IMG/VR virus record: IMGVR_UViG_3300009550_000009
Reading direction: 5' to 3' (one strand)
DNA from: a virus
Length of the DNA stretch: 64,000 nt
How positions within the stretch are numbered: position 1 is the stretch's first letter; the number at the start of each line of letters is the position of its first letter. The translations under genes and the position numbers were made by a program. The notes below the pieces were generated by a model. It had not been told where the DNA came from. It saw nothing but the letters and a program-made list of their open reading frames with translations, and did not search any database. Of the stretch, positions 28,136-36,171 are shown piece by piece.

Positions 28136-28176
28136 TACCTCTAAAATGTTCCTATAGTAAGCAATCCAATTAAATT

Positions 28177-28377
28177 ATGACCAGAAAAGAATACGAATTA
28201 GTTTTCCAAGCATTAAAATCTTATAGATGCTACATGAGCAGAGAAGATGAAGCATTATCTGAAAAAATTCTAGATGATTTATTCTATCCTAGTTTTGATA
28301 AACTATCAACTGATGATTTAGTAGCAGATGCAGAGGAAGCACTTAAAAATGAAGTTAAAAGTTTGAATTTTAGATAA
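28177..28377 (+). CDS. hypothetical cassette protein
   Basis: Follows repeat 28133. Confidence 0.8.
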   Translation: MTRKEYELVFQALKSYRCYMSREDEALSEKILDDLFYPSFDKLSTDDLVADAEEALKNEVKSLNFR

Positions 28378-28427
28378 TTCAAACTGATACCTCTAAACTG
28401 TTCCTATAGTATAAGACAAACAAAATT

Positions 28428-28871
28428 ATGACCACACTTGAAACAACTGATCTAAAAACAAGAGTTGCAGAATGGACTCAAACCTATGCAAATGCAATTA
28501 CTCAAAATTATAGAGAGTATCATCTAAATATGCTCACCAGACAAGGCCACCCATATCCAGAGTATGCGAAGCAGCAGTTAGATGAAATTGACAATGGAAC
28601 AGCGAACCTAATGAAGTTCAAAGTTAAAACTGGTAAGAGATATTACAAAATTGTCCAGATGGAATTTGACACTTTCCAGAATCGCAACGAATATAGGGAA
28701 GGATCAGTTCATGCTTTTGTTGATCGCAATACTGGAGAAGTTTTCAAACCAGCATCATGGGCAGCACCAGCAAAGCATGTAAGATATGATATGAGAATTA
28801 TTAGAGAGAGAAATTTCTTACATGATCCCTCTAATGTAACATGGGCAGGTGGTTATCTCTACATGAGATAA
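28428..28871 (+). CDS. hypothetical cassette protein
   Basis: Follows repeat 28385; HAFVD..TG.V.KPASW.APAK.VRY motif. Confidence 0.85.
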   Translation: MTTLETTDLKTRVAEWTQTYANAITQNYREYHLNMLTRQGHPYPEYAKQQLDEIDNGTANLMKFKVKTGKRYYKIVQMEFDTFQNRNEYREGSVHAFVDRNTGEVFKPASWAAPAKHVRYDMRIIRERNFLHDPSNVTWAGGYLYMR

Positions 28872-28924
28872 TCACTAATTGATACCTCTAAAATGTTTCT
28901 ATAGTATAAGATACAATTCACATT

Positions 28925-29134
28925 ATGACTAAAACTCAAACAATCATCAACAGAATACTTGAAGTAGATAACTTTCAAAATATGGCATGCTGTTGTGCTA
29001 ATTGGCAAGAGTTTACTCAAGAGTTAGAAGAGTGGGGAGTTACTGGATGTGCAAAAATCGAATTTGATGATCCAGAGTTACATATCCCTATGTTAGACCA
29101 GTTTATCAAATCTGAGAATGGTTACATCAGATAA
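28925..29134 (+). CDS. hypothetical cassette protein
   Basis: Follows repeat 28880. Confidence 0.8.
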   Translation: MTKTQTIINRILEVDNFQNMACCCANWQEFTQELEEWGVTGCAKIEFDDPELHIPMLDQFIKSENGYIR

Positions 29135-29195
29135 TTAACTCAAACTGATACCTTTAAAATGTTCCTATAGTATAAGCAATCAATCAATTCACATC

Positions 29196-29528
29196 ATGAG
29201 AAAAATCGAAACCCAAATGAATCAAGCAATCAGAGGACAGAGAAACTGGGCAGGTTCAAATACAACAGTCTTTACTGATGATGCAGGTTTATATTCTACA
29301 GTTTACTTGCATGGCAATAAAATTGCTTCATACTCTCATGTAACTAGAGACTTAGAAATTTTAGATGGCGGTTGGCAATCTAACACCACAAAGTCTAGAT
29401 TAAATGCACTTCTCTCAGAGTTCAAACCTGCATTTGGTGTATTTCAAAAAAACTGGCAGTGGTTTATTTCAGACCGCCTAAACAATAAAGTTTTTCCTTT
29501 CATATCAGGAGGTTTAATTACTTCTTAA
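29196..29528 (+). CDS. hypothetical cassette protein
   Basis: Follows repeat 29146; GGWQSNTTKSRLNAL. Confidence 0.85.
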   Translation: MRKIETQMNQAIRGQRNWAGSNTTVFTDDAGLYSTVYLHGNKIASYSHVTRDLEILDGGWQSNTTKSRLNALLSEFKPAFGVFQKNWQWFISDRLNNKVFPFISGGLITS

Positions 29529-29534
29529 TTAACT

Positions 29535-29572
29535 GGAAGTATTACGGATTAATTCTATAATACTTCCTTTTT
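29535..29572 (+). terminator. intrinsic terminator
   Basis: GGAAGTATTA/TAATACTTCC 10-bp stem plus T run. Confidence 0.7.
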
Positions 29573-29699
29573 ATTTTCTCTCGTTAGTTATTAATGGGCC
29601 TCCGCAATTCTCTTCCTTACGAGATGCGAAAGCGATTTTTTAATTAACACTAACTGAAACCCCCAAACTGTTATTATTGTATAGGATTATTTTTTTATT

Positions 29700-29804
29700 A
29701 TGGAACTTTTCATTTTACTAGGCGGGTGTTATGCACTTTATACTGTAGGCATGGCAATCGCAACAGAAATTGACTATCGAAATCAAATCGACAAAAATAA
29801 GTAA
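29700..29804 (+). CDS. 34-aa membrane peptide
   Basis: MELFILLGGCYALYTVGMAIATEID...; follows repeat 29655. Confidence 0.65.
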   Translation: MELFILLGGCYALYTVGMAIATEIDYRNQIDKNK

Positions 29805-29859
29805 CACTTACTGATACCTGTAAACTGTTACTATAGTATCAGAGACAAAAAACATTATT

Positions 29860-30018
29860 ATGAACAATTCAAAACTTGAAATCGTAAGATCATTTTTCAC
29901 AGACAGTGAGTGGGATGCTATCGACTCCGCACTTGCTGATTATCAAGATTACGGAGATAATCAAGCAGAGTTAGCATCACAAATTGGTGATAAGATTTAC
30001 AATCTATTTAATAATTAA
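29860..30018 (+). CDS. 52-aa cassette protein
   Basis: MNNSKLEIVRSFFTDSEWDAID...; follows repeat 29812. Confidence 0.75.
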   Translation: MNNSKLEIVRSFFTDSEWDAIDSALADYQDYGDNQAELASQIGDKIYNLFNN

Positions 30019-30031
30019 GGAGCATAATTTG

Positions 30032-30172
30032 ATGTCTTATTCTACAAAAGATTTTAACAAAGATGTTGATAAGTTACGCAAATTAATTGAAAAATGTGAA
30101 CAATTAGAAGAGCAACAAAATGCAGTAAGATTATACAAACCTTTTCGCAATTTAAACAACTATTTAAACTAA
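30032..30172 (+). CDS. 46-aa protein (start revised to MSYST)
   Basis: AAGGAG RBS. Confidence 0.6.
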   Translation: MSYSTKDFNKDVDKLRKLIEKCEQLEEQQNAVRLYKPFRNLNNYLN

Positions 30173-30175
30173 ACT

Positions 30176-30340
30176 ATGCAGACCTTAACTCACACTAATT
30201 ACAACGAAATTCTACGTCTTTATAACAACGAAAGTAAGGATGAGATAGTAACACAAACTACCTACGAATTTCAAATTTTTGATGATTATTATTATCAGTT
30301 ATTTCACAGTTATTATGAAACAAATAAGGGGGCAAATTAA
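30176..30340 (+). CDS. 54-aa hypothetical protein
   Basis: MQTLTHTNYNEILRLYNN...; abuts its neighbours. Confidence 0.55.
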   Translation: MQTLTHTNYNEILRLYNNESKDEIVTQTTYEFQIFDDYYYQLFHSYYETNKGAN

Positions 30341-30508
30341 ATGATTATTTCTATCACAAAAAGGATTAAATTACCCTCTGGAAAGTATAAGAAACGTGTC
30401 AAATATTCAACTGTAAAGTATCAAATAGAGAAGGTAAAACCAAGAAGATCGCATTATAAATTAAGTAGTTTACATGCTGCTAAGTATCATTTAGTAAGAG
30501 AGAGTTAA
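30341..30508 (+). CDS. 55-aa basic protein
   Basis: MIISITKRIKLPSGKYKKRVK... Confidence 0.5.
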   Translation: MIISITKRIKLPSGKYKKRVKYSTVKYQIEKVKPRRSHYKLSSLHAAKYHLVRES

Positions 30509-30644
30509 TCTGTTAGTTTTACACAATATAGAGGTAATTCTGTGGAAAACTTATTTAATTGTGGAAAAGAATGTATTTAAAAATATATTTAAGCGTTTTA
30601 TTTCTCGATTTAATGTTAGATTTTATAGTGATCTTAGCGAGCGT

Positions 30645-30673
30645 ATTATACCACGAACGCCCGAAAATTGCAA
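30645..30673 (-). promoter_or_regulatory. minus-strand sigma70-type promoter
   Basis: Reverse complement reads TTGCAA-N17-TATAAT with an extended -10 TG. Confidence 0.65.
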
Positions 30674-30712
30674 GGGGCGGATAATACTTTTGTCAGAACT
30701 TACGCATAATTA

Positions 30713-30741
30713 TTGACAAGAATTATGAAATAATATACAAT
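30713..30741 (+). promoter_or_regulatory. sigma70-type promoter
   Basis: TTGACA-N17-TACAAT. Confidence 0.75.
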
Positions 30742-30757
30742 GGTTATATAACACTTA

Positions 30758-30940
30758 ATGGCTGCACAGTTTATGACAATTTCCGCGTCTAATTTACAGC
30801 AAAAACAGTATCGAATTACGCTGAATTTGTCAGTTCAAAGTGACTTTAATCCCCATCAAATTAACTATGAAAAGTTATTCAAATTAGATGAGGATTTGGA
30901 AGCCCTAAGTGTAACAATTGAGGACTTAAATTATGAGTAG
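30758..30940 (+). CDS. hypothetical protein
   Basis: 60-aa ORF downstream of the promoter. Confidence 0.7.
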   Translation: MAAQFMTISASNLQQKQYRITLNLSVQSDFNPHQINYEKLFKLDEDLEALSVTIEDLNYE

Positions 30941-31004
30941 TTAGTGTTAGTTTTCCACAGCTGTTATATAACATTATATGAAACCTGTAAAGTGTTCTTA
31001 TAGT

Positions 31005-31157
31005 GTAGGGAGCAGAGATAGTGAAGAGGGAGACGCGAAGGTTAAGGAGGTTTAAAAAACCATTATTCCAAAACTTCGTTAGTGCGCACTTAGTCCCACT
31101 CTTGCAATGCGGAGCTCCGCCTCTAGTTTAAGTGACTAGATGTAAGTATCCCTACCA
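31005..31157 (+). ncRNA. multi-stem structured RNA candidate
   Basis: Closing stem GTAGGGA/TCCCTAC; AAGAG/CTCTT, CGAAG/CTTCG, TCTAGT/ACTAGA; GC-rich, no credible ORF; starts right after repeat 30979. Confidence 0.6.
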
Positions 31158-31318
31158 GTCTTTTAACAGTCCGTTACGTGATATAGCAGTTATATGCGGG
31201 CGTTGTTGTTATGGGGGCGGGCGCGATGCCGTTTTAAAAAACCCTTAAGTCCCTAACCTACAGAGGTGACAAATCGATAGCTAAATATTAAACCATATTA
31301 AATTTTTTTTTCTTGGCC

Positions 31319-31429
31319 ATGGGAACACACTACGGATTCACAATAATTGTATGGGTTATAATTGGGTTAATAATATTTTCCAAGTTAGATAGTGGGGGCA
31401 AAAAGAAAAAGAAACGCAAAAACAAATAA
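31319..31429 (+). CDS. 36-aa membrane peptide with Lys tail
   Basis: MGTHYGFTIIVWVIIGLIIFSKLDSGGKKKKKRKNK; CTAAATA at 31281. Confidence 0.6.
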   Translation: MGTHYGFTIIVWVIIGLIIFSKLDSGGKKKKKRKNK

Positions 31430-31438
31430 AAAATTTCC

Positions 31439-31460
31439 GGGGGCTCAAAACCCCCTTTTT
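31439..31460 (+). terminator. intrinsic terminator
   Basis: GGGGG-CTCAAAA-CCCCC-TTTTT. Confidence 0.75.
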
Positions 31461-31496
31461 AGTGTTTTCTAAATACTAATAACATGATTTAAACAC

Positions 31497-31733
31497 ATGA
31501 AAGAATTTGACGATACAGTGTATCACATCTATGCAAAGGATAAATGTCTTTATCATAATTTAAAGGAAGAAGATTTTGAAGAGACATGGCAACTTCTAAC
31601 CACTATGGTTGGATTAATCAAGACAGATTATTCAGAGTCAGATCTATCATATATTAAGTTAGCACCGAAGGTCGGGTATGGTGGGCCAGGTAAGGTAATA
31701 TACACAGAACCAACTGGAGATGAGTCTTATTGA
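31497..31733 (+). CDS. hypothetical protein
   Basis: CTAAATA at 31469. Confidence 0.8.
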   Translation: MKEFDDTVYHIYAKDKCLYHNLKEEDFEETWQLLTTMVGLIKTDYSESDLSYIKLAPKVGYGGPGKVIYTEPTGDESY

Positions 31734-31764
31734 AGTGGTATAAATAAGGTGCAGTATAACCTTT

Positions 31765-31905
31765 ATGTATCACAAACATGACCAAATTAAAAAGAAGAGC
31801 AATCCATATAAGAGACCAGAACCAAAGAAATACGTAGCACAAAAATATTATCAAATAAGAATTTATTTTAAGTGTGAACGACAAAATAAAGTTGACAAAG
31901 GTTAA
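31765..31905 (+). CDS. 46-aa basic protein
   Basis: MYHKHDQIKKKSNPYK...; TATAAATA at 31739. Confidence 0.55.
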   Translation: MYHKHDQIKKKSNPYKRPEPKKYVAQKYYQIRIYFKCERQNKVDKG

Positions 31906-31920
31906 CAAAACTGATAAAAT
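31892..31920 (+). promoter_or_regulatory. sigma70-type promoter
   Basis: TTGACA-N17-TAAAAT with an extended -10 TG. Confidence 0.7.
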
Positions 31921-31944
31921 TAAGAATGAAGGTGATCATCATTT

Positions 31945-32829
31945 ATGGCAAAAGGATTTAAAGTAAAAACAGTCGCACCGAAAACAAAAGGCCCTGAATG
32001 GGACATCGATGCAATTAAAGAAAGAATGAAAGGGAAGAAGATAGTCTTCTGTCTTCCCGGTAGAGGATGCTCTTATATCTTTCTCAAGAACTTTGTTCAA
32101 CTATGTTTTGACATGGTTCAGAATAATATGAGTATTCAAATATCTCAAGATTATTCATCTATGGTAAACTTTGCTCGATGTAAAGTTCTTGGAGCAAATG
32201 TTTTAAGAGGCCCCAATCAAGTTCCTTGGGATGGAAAACTTGAGTATGACTATCAGTTATGGATTGATAGTGATATTGTTTTTGATACTGGTAAGTTTTG
32301 GCAACTATGCGATTTAGCATTTCCTGCTGCAGCAGTTACAAAAGAAGATGTAATTGAACAGGTCAAAGATAACAAAGGAGAGTTAGTTACTGATGACGAA
32401 GGTAATGTTAAAACTCAAATTACAGGACAGAAAGTATCAGTTGATAATTCTAAACTAAATGGAATTGTTGCTGGTTGGTATGCTACCGAAGACGGTGCGA
32501 CAACCTCTGTTGCACATTGGTTAGAGGAAGATGACTTCCGTAAGAATGGTGGAGTGATGAATCATGAAACTGTTGAAACCATGGGCAAACGTAAAAAACC
32601 ATTCACAGTAGATTACACAGGCTTTGGTTGGGTGATGATTCAGAACGGAGTTTTTGAACAACTGAAGTATCCATGGTTTGCTCCTCAGATGCAAATCTTT
32701 GAATCAGGTGAAGTTCAAGACATGTGTGGTGAAGACGTATCATTCTGTTTAGATGCACAGGAAAAGGGATTTGAGATCTGGTGCGATCCTCGCATTCGTG
32801 TCGGTCATGAGAAGACAAGGATAATCTAG
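31945..32829 (+). CDS. GT-A-fold glycosyltransferase-like protein
   Basis: LWIDSDIVF, YTGFGWVMI and GEDVSFC motifs. Confidence 0.7.
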   Translation: MAKGFKVKTVAPKTKGPEWDIDAIKERMKGKKIVFCLPGRGCSYIFLKNFVQLCFDMVQNNMSIQISQDYSSMVNFARCKVLGANVLRGPNQVPWDGKLEYDYQLWIDSDIVFDTGKFWQLCDLAFPAAAVTKEDVIEQVKDNKGELVTDDEGNVKTQITGQKVSVDNSKLNGIVAGWYATEDGATTSVAHWLEEDDFRKNGGVMNHETVETMGKRKKPFTVDYTGFGWVMIQNGVFEQLKYPWFAPQMQIFESGEVQDMCGEDVSFCLDAQEKGFEIWCDPRIRVGHEKTRII

Positions 32830-32967
32830 TGGTTATTTCTTTCTTTGCAATCTTACTAATACTTTTTATAATATTAGTATTAGTAACTTATTATAATCCA
32901 CATCGTTAACGACCGCGTTTTCTCGAAAAGAATAAACGTATTAAATAGTATAACTCCTTAATTTTAT

Positions 32968-33642
32968 ATGGCTTGCCTCTTTGCGAACCTTCCTGCCTAC
33001 GAAGTATGGGTGAGAAAGGAATATTTAACGGATCATAAGAGTGGGCATGGAGAATTTGTCAAGGGCGTTTGGGTATCTGTAAAATCAATACCCGGACGTG
33101 CTTTTTATTTTGAAACATACTTACCTGAGTATGCTGCAATGTATGACAAGTTACCCATATCCGCGTTCGTCTCGTCACCTGAGAAACCTGATCCTGATAT
33201 GACACTTCATAATTTACAGTTTTGGAACTGTATGGACTATGGTGTTGCGGTAATTCAAAAACAATTTGTCGGATCAATGCATTACGAAGTCTATACAAGA
33301 GACTACGGAACACAAACCGGCACTTATATATGCACAATTGATAATTATCATCAAGATCCTGATGCAATTGATTATTCAACAAGTGAAAACCCAGCTGAAC
33401 ACAAGTCTCATAACCTAATTGAACTTGATAATGGTCAGTTTTGCCTCTATCCAAACAATCGAACACGTATTTACGACAACAGTTTGACACCAGAAGAACC
33501 TACAATGCCTGATTTCAAGGTTTCAACGGTTTACTATCAGGTTGAGAACGGTCATGATCGTGATGGATTGGGAAATGATGAGAATTATTTCTGGAAAACA
33601 GCAAAAGAACGTAAACAAGACGAAGAAATTCCCGAATTCTAA
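32968..33642 (+). CDS. cyanophage hypothetical protein
   Basis: 224-aa ORF upstream of the baseplate block. Confidence 0.8.
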   Translation: MACLFANLPAYEVWVRKEYLTDHKSGHGEFVKGVWVSVKSIPGRAFYFETYLPEYAAMYDKLPISAFVSSPEKPDPDMTLHNLQFWNCMDYGVAVIQKQFVGSMHYEVYTRDYGTQTGTYICTIDNYHQDPDAIDYSTSENPAEHKSHNLIELDNGQFCLYPNNRTRIYDNSLTPEEPTMPDFKVSTVYYQVENGHDRDGLGNDENYFWKTAKERKQDEEIPEF

Positions 33643-33800
33643 TGGAAACAAACGATTTTTTAGACAATCTTGCGAATCATCAATACCAAAAGATGCTTCG
33701 TGAGATTAATAATGATGATTTAACACCTAAAAAGAGTGATACAGTTGAAGAAAGTGAGATTTTTCCTAACGAAGAAAAACCTAAACCACTTTATGAGTAA
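33642..33800 (+). CDS. 52-aa acidic protein
   Basis: METNDFLDNLANHQYQKMLREI...; TAATG coupling. Confidence 0.7.
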   Translation: METNDFLDNLANHQYQKMLREINNDDLTPKKSDTVEESEIFPNEEKPKPLYE

Positions 33801-33836
33801 AAACCGTGATAAATAAGATAGGTCTACTACATCTAT

Positions 33837-34238
33837 ATGCCTCTTGAACGGGTAAAACAAGAATTTAAAGACATAAGTATGTCATTTCAGACTAATCCTC
33901 TGAATGATGACCTTGTAGCATTGAAAAATGCGAATGCAATTGCAAGGTCAATTCGTAATATCGTCTTTACTGAACCCGGTGAGAAGTTTTTTAATCCAGA
34001 TTTTGGATCAAGAATCACAAAATCACTATTTGAGAACGTAGATGAGATTGCTGCATCTGCAATTAAAGATGAAATAGAGTTTTCAATTCAAGAATTTGAA
34101 CCAAGAGTTGAATTGATCGAAGTTACAGTGGTTCCTAACTTCGACAGTAACGAAATGAATGCAACAATTGTATATGAAATAGTAGGAATTGATGTTCCAC
34201 CACAACAATTAGAATTCGTGTTACTGCCGACAAGATAA
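33837..34238 (+). CDS. gp25: baseplate wedge subunit gp25
   Basis: SIRNIVFT.PGEKFFNPDFGS and FEPRV motifs; ATAAATA at 33809; synteny. Confidence 0.9.
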   Translation: MPLERVKQEFKDISMSFQTNPLNDDLVALKNANAIARSIRNIVFTEPGEKFFNPDFGSRITKSLFENVDEIAASAIKDEIEFSIQEFEPRVELIEVTVVPNFDSNEMNATIVYEIVGIDVPPQQLEFVLLPTR

Positions 34239-36170
34239 ATGACACTTAAAAATTTTACAAATCTCGATTTTGATCAAATAAAACAGTCATTAAAGGATTA
34301 TTTACAAAATAATTCTAAATTTACTGACTATGATTTTGAAGGATCCAACTTATCAACAATATTAGACGTTCTAGCATATAATACTTACATCACATCTTAT
34401 AATGCAAACATGATATCGAATGAAGTTTTCATCGATTCAGCAACTTTGCGTGAAAATGTGGTTGCATTAGCAAGAAATATAGGTTATGTCCCTCGTTCTA
34501 AGAAATCTTCAAGGGCATTACTTACATTTTTTGCAGATATTTCTTCAGTTTCCCCATCTCCATCAAATTTAACACTTCGTAAAGGGCCTGTTGCAGCAGT
34601 TGATGCACCATTTGGTCAACAATCGTTTGTTTTTAGCATACCTGAAGATAAAACTATCTCAGTTTTTGATGGAATTGCAGAATTTGACGATCTTGAGGTG
34701 TTTGAAGGAACAGTTTTAGATCAAACGTTTACATTTTCATCAAGAAATCGCTTTCAAAAGTTTATATTACCAAATACTGGAATAGATTTAGACACTTTAG
34801 TTGTAAAAGTCAAACCTTCAGCTGATTCTACAGTGTCAATTAAGTATGAAAGGCATGATAATTTGTTTGATGATGACACAGGATCAATAATTAATGGAAA
34901 TTCTAACATTTATTTCTTACAAGAGGTTTCAAGTGAGCAATATGAGTTAATATTTGGTGATAATATCTTTGGAAAGGCACTTCAAGATGGAAATGTCATC
35001 GAAGTTTCATATATTGTAACCTCTGGTGACGCTGCAAACGGTATAAATTCATTTAATTATGCAGGAAGTTTATATTATACTCGAAATTCAGTTGAAATAA
35101 ACGTAACGACCGGGATTTCTTTGATTACAAGTCCACTTTCATCAAGTGGAGGAGAGTCAATTGAATCTGTTGACTCAATTCGTAAGTTTGCACCTCAAAT
35201 TTATGCAACTCAGAACCGTGCTTTAAGTGCAAATGACTTTGAAGTGTTGATTCCCAATAAAATTTACCCTGAAACTGAATCAATTTCAGTTTTTGGTGGT
35301 GAAGATCTTGTTCCTCCTCAGTTTGGAAAGGTTTTTATAAGCATCAAACCAAGAAATGGTGATTTTGTTCCAAATTTAATCAAACAAAACATAAAAAGAG
35401 ATTTGAAAAAGTATTCTGTAGCAGGAATTGTTCCAGAAATACTAGATTTGAAGTATTTGTTTGTTGAAACTAACAGTAAAGTGTATTATAACACAAATTT
35501 AGCACCAAGTGCGTCATTTGTTTCGACAAAAGTTCAACGTGATATTACAAAATACGCAGAATCTTCTGAATTAAACAAATATGGAGCTAGATTTAAGTAT
35601 AGTAAGTTTTTAAAAGTGATTGATCAGAGTCATGAATCAGTTACTTCTAATATTACAACTGTTGAAATGAGAAGAGATCTCCGATTAGCAGTTTTAGAGA
35701 CTGCTGAGTATGCAATTGACTTTGGAAATCAGTTTCATATCAAATCAATGAATGGTTTTAATATTAGAACGAGCGCATTTCGTGTTTCAAATATAAACAC
35801 TGATGTTTACTTATATGACGTTCCAAATGCAAATGGGGAAACTGGTCAAATCAATCTATTTTCATTGAATGCTGGAACATCAACACCAGTAATACAAAGA
35901 AGAAATATAGGTGTTATAAATTATGTTACAGGTAGGATTACATTAGATCCAATAAATATTATTTCAGGTAAAACAAAAGATAATGTTCAAATTATGGAGA
36001 TATCTGTATCTCCTGAATCGAACGATATTATCGGATTACAGGATCTTTATTTGCGACTAGATAGTAGTGTTGTAGATACAGTCGTTGATGATATTAGTTC
36101 TGGTATTGACCCATCTGGATCAAATTACACAGTCACCACAAGTTATTCTCAAGGAAACATCATAAGATAA
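34239..36170 (+). CDS. gp6: baseplate wedge subunit gp6
   Basis: LDFDQIK..L...FTDYDFEGS, LAYNT, DSATLRENVV, QNRA motifs. Confidence 0.92.
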   Translation: MTLKNFTNLDFDQIKQSLKDYLQNNSKFTDYDFEGSNLSTILDVLAYNTYITSYNANMISNEVFIDSATLRENVVALARNIGYVPRSKKSSRALLTFFADISSVSPSPSNLTLRKGPVAAVDAPFGQQSFVFSIPEDKTISVFDGIAEFDDLEVFEGTVLDQTFTFSSRNRFQKFILPNTGIDLDTLVVKVKPSADSTVSIKYERHDNLFDDDTGSIINGNSNIYFLQEVSSEQYELIFGDNIFGKALQDGNVIEVSYIVTSGDAANGINSFNYAGSLYYTRNSVEINVTTGISLITSPLSSSGGESIESVDSIRKFAPQIYATQNRALSANDFEVLIPNKIYPETESISVFGGEDLVPPQFGKVFISIKPRNGDFVPNLIKQNIKRDLKKYSVAGIVPEILDLKYLFVETNSKVYYNTNLAPSASFVSTKVQRDITKYAESSELNKYGARFKYSKFLKVIDQSHESVTSNITTVEMRRDLRLAVLETAEYAIDFGNQFHIKSMNGFNIRTSAFRVSNINTDVYLYDVPNANGETGQINLFSLNAGTSTPVIQRRNIGVINYVTGRITLDPINIISGKTKDNVQIMEISVSPESNDIIGLQDLYLRLDSSVVDTVVDDISSGIDPSGSNYTVTTSYSQGNIIR

Positions 36171-36171
36171 G

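Larger units (their letters stand above)
30517..30959. promoter_or_regulatory. four DnaA-box matches; candidate replication origin region
   Basis: TTTTACACA 30517(+), TGTGGAAAA 30541(-) and 30560(-), TTTTCCACA 30951(+); AT-rich tract 30569-30630. Confidence 0.5.
17595..31004 (+). repeat. 23 dispersed direct copies of a 26-bp element, consensus TGATACCTCTAAAATGTTCCTATAGT (promoter/cassette boundary)
   Basis: Core starts: 17595, 19407, 20229, 20884, 21798, 23218, 23815, 24434, 24801, 25755, 26101, 26385, 26669, 27191, 27484, 27729, 28133, 28385, 28880, 29146, 29655, 29812, 30979. No indels; all on +. Confidence 0.95.

Noticed and set aside
18387-29554. Identical 15-mer TATTACGGATTAATT at 18387 and 29540
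   Set aside because: Only two copies of an AT-rich word, plausible by chance in 64 kb
29595-29642. GC-richer patch with a weak hairpin after the terminator
   Set aside because: Pairing is short and interrupted; not enough to call an RNA
17595-31004. CRISPR array
   Set aside because: Inter-repeat distances are 157-1812 bp and contain whole genes; repeats are degenerate; no cas genes in the window
17595-31004. Classical integron attC sites
   Set aside because: No RYYYAAC/GTTRRRY inverted core or hairpin, and no tyrosine recombinase in the window
31005-31157. tRNA or tmRNA (ends in ...ACCA)
   Set aside because: No TTCRA T-loop, D-loop or anticodon arm geometry; length fits neither
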